This document shows, piece by piece, positions 7,208 through 14,360 of a DNA stretch of 14,360 bases (position 1 is its first letter; each line of letters starts with the position of its first letter). The stretch comes from an uncultured Deinococcales bacterium (GTDB lineage: Bacteria > Deinococcota > Deinococci > Deinococcales > JAAFIG01), in assembly GCA_964247135.1 (NCBI GenBank), contig CAXTTL010000076.1:4880-19239 (forward strand), read 5' to 3'. The notes under the pieces are model-generated. The model did no database searches. It worked only from the letters and a program-made list of their open reading frames with translations, and had not been told where the DNA came from. A program made the translations under genes and the position numbers.

Positions 7208-8074
7208 ATGTTCAAGCATATTTTGATTCCGGTGATGCCCGAACCATGCAGCGAACAAGCCGCGCTGATGGGTTTGGACTTTGCCAAACGCATCAAGGCT
7301 CGGGTGACCTTTACTTACGTCATGACCAAACTCGACACGACCACCTACGCTCGAGGGTTGCTGGGCACCTGGAAAAACCGCGCCGTAGAAAAAGGCGTGA
7401 TTAGCGATGAGCTGCTTTTGCAAAACCTTGACATGCACCTTGGCGATGCGATTGCCAAGGAAGCCAACCACGAAGATTACGACCTGATTTTGATGGGCAC
7501 CCACGCTCGAGAAGGCTTGAATCGGCTGCTGCTGGGCAGCGTTTCTGAGCGCGTGGTTCGGATGGCACACATTCCAGTCATGGTTTCCAGGGCGGCAACC
7601 AACGCAGAATTTAAACGAATTCTTGTTCCCCTGGACAGCACCCTCAGCAGTCTTCAAATCGTCGAGAGCGCCAAAAAACTGGCGCTCGAGTTGCCCGCAA
7701 AATTGCACTTTGTTCACGTCGTACAGGACGTTCCAATGCCGTTTAGCGATTCGTTTGGAACATACGGCGCTTTTGATGCCGCAGGCTTGTCAAAATCATT
7801 CGAGGAAACGGGGAAGTTAACACTTCAAAAAGCCGTGGCGCTGTGCCCAGAATTAACGCCCACAACCAGTATTTTGCACGCCAACACCAGCCAGATTCAC
7901 AACGTTATTTTGGGCAGCGCCAAAGACGTTCACGCCGATCTGATCCTCATGGGCACCCACGCTCGAGCTGGCATGGAACGCCTGTTGCTGGGCAGTGTGA
8001 GCGAGGGCGTGGCGCATCACGCCAACGTGCCAGTGTTGTTGATGCGCCCGACGATGGTCAAAGCTGAAGCCTGA
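7208..8074 (+). CDS. Tandem (two-domain) universal stress protein (288 aa)
   Basis: MFKHILIPV...DLILMGTHAREGLNRLLLGSVSERVVR..IPVMV, then FKRILVPLD...DLILMGTHARAGMERLLLGSVSEGVAH..VPVLLMR. The ATG at 7208 is 7 nt after the CBS stop, suggesting an operon. Confidence 0.93.
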   Translation: MFKHILIPVMPEPCSEQAALMGLDFAKRIKARVTFTYVMTKLDTTTYARGLLGTWKNRAVEKGVISDELLLQNLDMHLGDAIAKEANHEDYDLILMGTHAREGLNRLLLGSVSERVVRMAHIPVMVSRAATNAEFKRILVPLDSTLSSLQIVESAKKLALELPAKLHFVHVVQDVPMPFSDSFGTYGAFDAAGLSKSFEETGKLTLQKAVALCPELTPTTSILHANTSQIHNVILGSAKDVHADLILMGTHARAGMERLLLGSVSEGVAHHANVPVLLMRPTMVKAEA

Positions 8075-8252
8075 GTTCGTGAAGGCTCGAGAAACAGCTA
8101 GGGCTTGTTTTCTCTTGAACCCCTTTCTTAAAAAGCAGCACTGCAGCACTGAAAATCGTGCCAAGCAAATAGCCAATTCCAGTGCAAACCACCGCCACCC
8201 ACAAGGTGATATTCCAAACTTTAGCGCCCAGACTCGGGCAGTAAAACCTGCG

Positions 8253-8283
8253 GGTGACGGTGCTCGAGGTGGCGGTGCTCGAG
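8253..8283. repeat. 15-bp tandem duplication containing CTCGAG
   Basis: GGTGACGGTGCTCGA (8253-8267) and GGTGGCGGTGCTCGA (8268-8282), 1 mismatch. Confidence 0.7.
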
Positions 8284-8376
8284 TTGCGTGATTGCGCTTT
8301 GAATGTGGTGTAAATCGGTGTGACGCCAGGATTGCCAATCTCGGGCAGCAGAGCGATTTTATGCCAACCTCGAGTC

Positions 8377-10941
8377 TTAACCTGGAACGCCAACGCTAAT
8401 CAGCACGGTGTCTGTGCCTGTTAACCCCTCATCGTCGGTGATGGACAATTTGAGCGTCAGGAAGGCGGCTGGTGAGGCGCCATAACCGTAGTCGGCAGGG
8501 CTGAAACACGCAAATGGAATGTTGAGCAATTTGCAAGTTTTGGGCGTCACCACGGTTTGTGTGCTGCCAATTTTGATGCTCCAGACAACAGTGTATTGCG
8601 TGGTTGGCGTACCACCTGGGTCATCGTTGGAGTAACTGAGACGAATGGCAGTGTTGGGATTCGGAAATGTTTGTCCCGCCGTTGGCGATAAAATTTTTAC
8701 TGCTGGCGGTCCCGCCAAGGGTTTGGTGGTGACGCTGATCACCACGCTTGCCGTCCCCGTCAAACCGTAGGCATCTGTCCCTTTCAGCGTGATCGTGCGC
8801 TGACCGGTCGTGGCAAATTGCGCCGTAAATTCGCAGCCCGCTCCAAGCACGTCGCTCGAGTTGCTCGATTTCCAGGTCAGGGCGGTGCAGGGCAATTCGC
8901 CAAAAATCCCGTCGCCGTCAATTGAGCTGCCCTTGAACGTGACCTGTGTGCTGTTCGCCCAGATCACAGCGCCAGGCAATGGCGCGTCAATGAAGACTTT
9001 GGGCGCTTGGTTGACACCCGTAACCGTGATGGTGGCGCTGGCGGTTGCGCCTTTGTCATCGGTGGCGGTTGCCGTAATCTTGCGCGTGCCCGGACTGCCA
9101 AAACCGTAATTGATGCTCGAGCCTGTGCCGATGGTGCCGTCAATATCCGAAGTCCAAACCACGGTTGGCGCGGGTCCGTCCGCATCGTTGGCATTGGCGG
9201 TGTAGGTGGTCACGGTCGCGTATGGGAAGCTCGAGTTTGTGGTGGGCGCGGTGATTTGAATGCTTGGAATTGAATTGGGCGTGCTCTTAAATTCGGCGCT
9301 GGGTTTGGAGGCAAAGACCGTGACTTGCGTGAAATACTCTTTTGCCCAAGTTACCGGCACGTAAATATAGCCCGCATCGCCAAAGCAGTAACCCCAAGAA
9401 TTCTTGACGATAAAATATCCACCGCCAGAATTGCTCGAGGCATCCTTGACGTTGCCCGGCAGGTTTGGGTGGGCTTGAATATCGCTATCGGAGACAAAGC
9501 CCACCACTTGTACGGCGTGTCGCCCTCGGTTTTTGATGTCGGTCAGGGTGGTGATAAAGCCGTTTGGGCTTGGGTGGTCAAAACCAAAATTCACCAGGAT
9601 TCCGGCGACCATCGGGTGTCCGTGACGCAACAAGGAACGCATTTCGTCCACGGGCAAACTGCCGGTGCTGTACCAGTCGTAAATCGTGTCCGGTTCGGAT
9701 TCTTTAAACTTTTCACCCGTGGCGGGCGGCATGTGATACCCACACACTGGGTCACCGCCTGGCGGGTAGGTGCAAATTTCTTTTAACTGGTGCGAGGCGT
9801 CCGAGCAAAATTCGCTGTAACCAACACAGCTCGAGCTGTAATATTCGTCATTTTCGTGATCGACCCGCTTTCTGGAGGTGTTGTAATTCCAGACTTGCTC
9901 GAGTGGCAGCGCAAAATTCTGCTCGAAAAAATCCTCGGCACGGTTGGGCAGTATTGTGCCGTCCCCGTACTCTCGAGCGTCCCAGTCCGAGGCAATCTTG
10001 CCCCACAGGTATTGTTCGGAGACATTCACCCAACGGCTTTTTTCAATCGCAATCCGAGTCTCGAGCGCCCCCGCCAACGCAAACGCCACGCATGACCCGC
10101 GACGTCCTTGGGCTTTGACGCTGGTGGCGTAAAACTTTTGTCGCCACCAAAAATTTTTTGCCAAGCCAAAATCGGTTGCGGTGTTGCACTCGTCGTGTTC
10201 ATGGTCGATGCCTTTGCCAGCGCCCTCCTCGAGGTTTGCCGAGGCTGGGTAACCCGCAGGTTTGGCATCGGGCGCAATGCTGCGCGATTTTAAGCTGATC
10301 GCTCGAGCGTCCAAGAGTTCCAATGGATTGTCTTTTAAGCGCTCACCCAAGGCTTTTCTGGCGTTTAAAATCGTCTCGAGGTTCGCACCCGCAAGACTGT
10401 CGGGCGTGACCAAACCTGTTCGTAAATTTTCGGCAAGCTCGTCGTAACCGGTGCGGTAAATCCTGATTTGACCGCTCAAATCTTCAAACTTTTTTCGGGA
10501 CTCGAGCATGTCGGCGTACAAAGCACGTTTGCCGTCGGTCACAACTTCAAACGCACCTTTGTTGCCTTGAACGGTAATCAGGTAATTGCCGTCGGGCAAG
10601 ATTTTTAACGTGCCATCGGTGGTGTCAGGCTCGGTCAGCGCTTTGTTGTAGGCAGGAGATTGCGCTGCGAGGCGTTTCACCTCATCGGTATCGGCTTTGA
10701 ATTTTGCGGCGGTGGCTGCTTTGCGCTCGGCACGTAATTTGAGGGTGTCTATCGAAAAGCCTTCGGTGGTGCTGAGCGTCTTAAATTCTTCTGGCGTGAC
10801 CACCTGGGCATCTGTGGGAACCGTGCCACCAAAAGTGTTTTCGGGCTTGAACAACGGATCGGTTTGGGTTGGTGGGTCGGTTTGACAGGCAACCAAAATG
10901 ATCAACAGCACAGCCAGCAAGAACTTCCAAAGTTTTTTCAT
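8377..10941 (-). CDS. Lipoprotein C1A (papain-like) cysteine peptidase with C-terminal Ig/PKD-like domains (854 aa)
   Basis: Lipoprotein signal MKKLWKFLLAVLLIILVA-C. Catalytic motifs VKAQGRRGSCVAFA (Gln, Cys), VSEQYL, RHAVQVVGF (His) and YFIVKNSWG..FGDAGYIY (Asn). Three Thr-rich Ig-like units follow (WTSDIDG..GTRKITATATDDKG; GQRTITLKGTDAYG; LKLSITDDEGLTGT). GGAGG SD before the ATG at 10941. Confidence 0.9.
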   Translation of the reverse strand: MKKLWKFLLAVLLIILVACQTDPPTQTDPLFKPENTFGGTVPTDAQVVTPEEFKTLSTTEGFSIDTLKLRAERKAATAAKFKADTDEVKRLAAQSPAYNKALTEPDTTDGTLKILPDGNYLITVQGNKGAFEVVTDGKRALYADMLESRKKFEDLSGQIRIYRTGYDELAENLRTGLVTPDSLAGANLETILNARKALGERLKDNPLELLDARAISLKSRSIAPDAKPAGYPASANLEEGAGKGIDHEHDECNTATDFGLAKNFWWRQKFYATSVKAQGRRGSCVAFALAGALETRIAIEKSRWVNVSEQYLWGKIASDWDAREYGDGTILPNRAEDFFEQNFALPLEQVWNYNTSRKRVDHENDEYYSSSCVGYSEFCSDASHQLKEICTYPPGGDPVCGYHMPPATGEKFKESEPDTIYDWYSTGSLPVDEMRSLLRHGHPMVAGILVNFGFDHPSPNGFITTLTDIKNRGRHAVQVVGFVSDSDIQAHPNLPGNVKDASSNSGGGYFIVKNSWGYCFGDAGYIYVPVTWAKEYFTQVTVFASKPSAEFKSTPNSIPSIQITAPTTNSSFPYATVTTYTANANDADGPAPTVVWTSDIDGTIGTGSSINYGFGSPGTRKITATATDDKGATASATITVTGVNQAPKVFIDAPLPGAVIWANSTQVTFKGSSIDGDGIFGELPCTALTWKSSNSSDVLGAGCEFTAQFATTGQRTITLKGTDAYGLTGTASVVISVTTKPLAGPPAVKILSPTAGQTFPNPNTAIRLSYSNDDPGGTPTTQYTVVWSIKIGSTQTVVTPKTCKLLNIPFACFSPADYGYGASPAAFLTLKLSITDDEGLTGTDTVLISVGVPG

Positions 10942-10962
10942 GATCAACGACCTCCGCGCTCG

Positions 10963-10996
10963 AGCTTAGATTAAGCGGCGTTGCGCGGGCGTTGCG
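10963..10996 (-). promoter_or_regulatory. Putative SARP-box promoter for the protease: CGCAACGCC-N2-CGCAACGCC-N8-TAAGCT
   Basis: Perfect 9-mer GGCGTTGCG at 10977-10985 and 10988-10996 (11-bp period). The -10-like TAAGCT on the minus strand is at 10963-10968. Confidence 0.62.
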
Positions 10997-11001
10997 TGGT
11001 T

Positions 11002-14000
11002 TTAAAGTTCGAGCAGGTCGCGGTATTTGGTGGCAAAGCTTTTTTGAAGTTCTGGAAATTCCTCGAGTGAAGTTTTCATCTCGAGCAAGATAATTTTGGT
11101 TTTTGCTCGAAACTCGAGGGCGTATTGAGGCTCGAGCATGTCAATCAAAACACGGCGCAACTCGAGGCTGGCGAGGCATGGTGGGCTGGTTTCGAGCACC
11201 TGGAATGCAGCTTCGAGGTCTGGCTGTAAATCCAGAGTGTGTTGTGCTTTCAACTCGAGGCTCAAGAGTTGCAGTTTGGCTTCTGGGAAAACTGAAGGTT
11301 TTAAAGACTCGAGTTGCGCAAGGGTTTTGTCCGATTGTTCAGTTTGCAACCAAAGGGTTGCTTGGATCAGCCAAACTTCGTCTTTTTCTTGCTGTTCACT
11401 GCGTCCAAAATGCTCAAACGCCACGCCAAGATGCTGGGCAGCATTTTGAGGGTTTTGAAGCTCGAGTTCGGTTTTGGCAAGCCCAGTCTCGAGCGAACAG
11501 ACATAAGCCATACTGCCACTGTTCAGGGCAAGTTGAAGCGCTTGCTGGTACAACGCCTTGGCTTGAATGGTTTGCCCAATTCCGAATAAAAATCCTGCCA
11601 GGTGATTCTGCGCCAGAATTTCTGAAGCAACACCTGCAATCTTGGCTTGCTCAAGTGCCATTTGAAAGCTGGCAAACGACGGTCCAAGTTGACCATTCAA
11701 GGCGTGCCATTTGGCTTGCAAACACAACAAACTGCTGCGCCACAAGACATCTCCGCTCTTGGTTGCCAACATTAAACCTTGTTCAATATTTTGACTGGCT
11801 TCTTTGAAACAAAACAGGCGCAAATGGTTGTACCCCAACCAGGTCAGGGGAAAAACCTGTTCTGGGACATGCCCAATTTTTTGTGCCAACTCGAGCGAGC
11901 TTTTTAGTTTTTGAATTGCACCCAAGCCATCACCTCGGCTGGTGGCAATACGGGCAAGAGCAGTCAACGCCTCGAGTTTCCCAGCCAGATTTCCCGTGTT
12001 TTCCAGAAGGGCTAAACCCAATATGGTGTGCTGTTCAGCACTTTGAAAATCACCTTCGTAAAGGGCAATCGCTCGCAATTTACTGTGAATTTCACCGAGC
12101 GTCTCAGGCTCGAGCAGGTTTGCATTTTTAAGGGCAAAATGCAGGTCGGCTTTGCCCGTTTGCAATTGACCAATCCTGAACAATCCACTGCCCCGCTCGA
12201 GCAATGCCCAGGCAAGCTCACCAGGTTCGAGGTTCTGCGTTAAAAGTTGATTGATGGTCTGGATGGCTTGAGCATGTTGTTGCAGGCTGTTGTAATGTTG
12301 TGCCAACCTGAGTTGCGTCGCAATTTTCAAAGGCGGGTCGTTTAAGCTTATTGCAATTTCACGCATCGTTTCGAGCGCCCCGAGACGCTCTGCTTGCCGT
12401 CCGAGTGCTTCAAAAAGTTGCGCCCGAGCCAAATGAATTTCAAAGCGAACTTTGTCGCTTGCCCCGTTCAGTGCCAACTGATACTGCGCCAGTGCCTCCG
12501 TGTTGGCGTAAACCCGTCTGGCGGCTTCGGCGGCTCTCAGACGCCACGCCACCGCCTGCGCCGCCCGTCCCGCCCGCTCGAGGTGATCGGCAATGCTGGC
12601 TGGGGCGGCGTTCAGTCTCTCGAGGCTGGCAGCCAGTTTGGAGTGCAGCAATTTTTTTCGCGCCAAGCTCAGGTTCTCGGCAAGGGCGCTGCGCATCAGG
12701 TCGTGGCTAAACCTGTAACCTTCCCCAAATGGCTCAAGCACCCGCGCCGAGATTGCCAACTCGAGGGCTTCCAGCCCTTCCCAGTCGGACAATGCGGTTG
12801 CGCCACGCAGCGTCTCGAGGTCAAAGCCGTCGTTGGTTAAACTCGCGGCTTCCAAGAGTCGCCCCGTTGCCGCGCCCAAAATTTTGACGCGCCGCAAAAC
12901 CACTTCGCGCACGCTTGGCGGGATCGGCAGTTCGTCAGTCTGGTCTTGAATCCAGACCCCTTCTGGGGTCGGTCGCAAAAAATTTGCTTCGAAGAGCGCC
13001 CTGATCGTCTCGAGCGCAAAGAACGGATTGCCGCCAGTTGCGCGGTGCAAATGCTGTCCAAACAAACCGGTGCCGCTCGAACCGATCAGTCTATTCACCA
13101 ACTCGAGCGTGTCGGTTTCTTGCAAGGCTCCGAGTTCGATGGGTTCGGCTTGGCTGGAGAGGATAAAATCTTCGAGTTTGGTCTGGGCATCAATCGAGAG
13201 TTCATTGGCGCGAAATGACAACAGCACACGCTTGTCGCTCGAGACAGCCGCAAATCGCCCAGCCAGGTACAGCACGGCTTCAAAGCTGGCGCCGTCAAAA
13301 AATTGCAGATCATCCACCAGCAAGATTGGCACGTCCTGCAAAGCCAGCATCACAAATTCGGCAAGCGCCTTCAAAAACCTCAAACGTTCCTCGGGCGAGG
13401 AGATTGGGGCGGGCAACTCGGGCGCCAAACTTGGCACGAGCCGCGAAAGTTCGGTTTGTATCCAACTCGGCAGCAACAGGGTTTCGGTCCGCTCGAGCAG
13501 GTTTTGCAGGCTGCGCGTCAAGGTCGAGAACGGCGCAACCGTGTCGCCTGGTCGTCCAATAATGTGCTCAAACGCAGCTTGTGAAGTTGCAAACTCGAGC
13601 ATCAAGCGCGTTTTGCCAACGCCTGGTTCGCCATAAAGCACGATTGGTTTTCCAGCCTGCCAAGCCGCTTGCATTTGCGCCCATGTTGCAGATCGTCCAA
13701 TCAGTGGCACAGTCAAGAATTGCGCTTGGCTCAAAGGCTGGGCTTTCACTTGAGGCTCGAGCGTTTTGGTGGCGCGAATGCTGGCTGCCAGCTTTAGCGT
13801 TTCGGGCAAGGGCGTCAGACCCAATTCCGTCTCGAGCATGGTCTTACATTGTTCAAACTGCAACAACGCCGCCTCACGCATTCCGAGCAAGGCGTACAAA
13901 CGCATGACATCGCGGTGGGTGCGTTCCTGAAACAAGTTCAATTCAAGCAACCCATGATGAATCTCGAGCGCCTTGCGCCACTCGCCCCTGGTTTCAAGAA

Positions 14001-14360
14001 GCTCGGCACGCTCGAGCATGGCTTGTCGCCGTGAACGCTCAAAGCGCTCTCGTTTTTGGGTCAACCAGTCATGAAATTCGGTCGCGCCCTCGAGTTCCAA
14101 ACCCTCAAGCAACACGCCGTTGTAAAAGCCGAGTGCCTGTTCGACCTGACCAGCCTCGAGTGAGCGCTCAAAAAATCCGACATCGGTCTGAAACCCAGCT
14201 CGCAAGCCCAAACTGTGCTCAGACACCTCGAGTTGGTCGTTCAAGGCGGGCGAATCGTTTTTCAGGCGGTGCAATTCGCGCCGCAAATTGCGCCGTGCCG
14301 CCTCATCGGTCACTTCGGACCACAACAAACCCGCCAGTTTAGATCGTGGTGTCAAACCCT
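11002..14360 (-). CDS. Large SARP/BTAD-AAA(STAND)-TPR transcriptional regulator, 5' end outside the window
   Basis: wHTH remnant (PRSKLAGLLWSE..ARRNLRRELHRL), BTAD (YNGVLLEGL..FHDWL..RERF; ELGLTPLPET), PLIGR, Walker A GEPGVGKT, Walker B LLVDDLQ, ATGGNPFF, YRFSHDLMR, then a long helical TPR-like C-terminus. The frame stays open to the window edge. Confidence 0.9.
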   Translation of the reverse strand, partial: GLTPRSKLAGLLWSEVTDEAARRNLRRELHRLKNDSPALNDQLEVSEHSLGLRAGFQTDVGFFERSLEAGQVEQALGFYNGVLLEGLELEGATEFHDWLTQKRERFERSRRQAMLERAELLETRGEWRKALEIHHGLLELNLFQERTHRDVMRLYALLGMREAALLQFEQCKTMLETELGLTPLPETLKLAASIRATKTLEPQVKAQPLSQAQFLTVPLIGRSATWAQMQAAWQAGKPIVLYGEPGVGKTRLMLEFATSQAAFEHIIGRPGDTVAPFSTLTRSLQNLLERTETLLLPSWIQTELSRLVPSLAPELPAPISSPEERLRFLKALAEFVMLALQDVPILLVDDLQFFDGASFEAVLYLAGRFAAVSSDKRVLLSFRANELSIDAQTKLEDFILSSQAEPIELGALQETDTLELVNRLIGSSGTGLFGQHLHRATGGNPFFALETIRALFEANFLRPTPEGVWIQDQTDELPIPPSVREVVLRRVKILGAATGRLLEAASLTNDGFDLETLRGATALSDWEGLEALELAISARVLEPFGEGYRFSHDLMRSALAENLSLARKKLLHSKLAASLERLNAAPASIADHLERAGRAAQAVAWRLRAAEAARRVYANTEALAQYQLALNGASDKVRFEIHLARAQLFEALGRQAERLGALETMREIAISLNDPPLKIATQLRLAQHYNSLQQHAQAIQTINQLLTQNLEPGELAWALLERGSGLFRIGQLQTGKADLHFALKNANLLEPETLGEIHSKLRAIALYEGDFQSAEQHTILGLALLENTGNLAGKLEALTALARIATSRGDGLGAIQKLKSSLELAQKIGHVPEQVFPLTWLGYNHLRLFCFKEASQNIEQGLMLATKSGDVLWRSSLLCLQAKWHALNGQLGPSFASFQMALEQAKIAGVASEILAQNHLAGFLFGIGQTIQAKALYQQALQLALNSGSMAYVCSLETGLAKTELELQNPQNAAQHLGVAFEHFGRSEQQEKDEVWLIQATLWLQTEQSDKTLAQLESLKPSVFPEAKLQLLSLELKAQHTLDLQPDLEAAFQVLETSPPCLASLELRRVLIDMLEPQYALEFRAKTKIILLEMKTSLEEFPELQKSFATKYRDLLEL

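Noticed and set aside
8058-8393. 111-aa ORF as an intact gene
   Set aside because: It has no convincing start or SD, overlaps both flanking CDSs and includes low-complexity repeat-derived sequence. Kept only as a possible remnant.
37-14232. CTCGAG abundance as an XhoI cloning or concatemer artefact
   Set aside because: The sites sit inside uninterrupted conserved reading frames (e.g. PEPCK HANSRF) with no breaks in gene continuity.
11002-14360. STAND ATPase as an Avs-type anti-phage system
   Set aside because: The N-terminus is a SARP wHTH-BTAD transcription module rather than a nuclease, TIR or other effector, and a candidate operator lies directly downstream.
1-14360. tRNA, rRNA, integrase or transposase genes
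   Set aside because: None was recognisable by eye in the ORFs or intergenic regions.

Overview
A bacterial window, probably Deinococcota (inferred from gene content, not proven), holding ten credible CDSs. In order: a secreted beta-barrel-like protein, a small LEA-like protein, a single-domain USP, a small SARP-type (wHTH+BTAD) regulator with a Cys-rich C-terminus, an AspT/YidE/YbjL (AAE) transporter, GTP-dependent PEP carboxykinase, a CBS-pair protein, a tandem USP, a papain-like (C1A) lipoprotein protease with Ig/PKD-like domains, and a 5'-truncated SARP-AAA-TPR regulator. Three signals stand out. (1) Both divergent intergenic regions (1861-2080 and 6635-6789) carry back-to-back copies of one promoter architecture, GTAATG-N5-GTAAYN-N9-NANA(C/G)T. 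This suggests a compact autoregulated regulon (regulator, 2 USPs, CBS, PEPCK, AAE transporter) that may respond to low oxygen or redox. (2) A related but different 11-bp-period box (CGCAACGCC x2) lies between the large STAND regulator and the protease. (3) The palindrome CTCGAG occurs about 90 times by manual count, against about 3-4 expected, in all reading frames and in intergenic hairpins. This resembles HIP1 and appears to alter conserved protein motifs.
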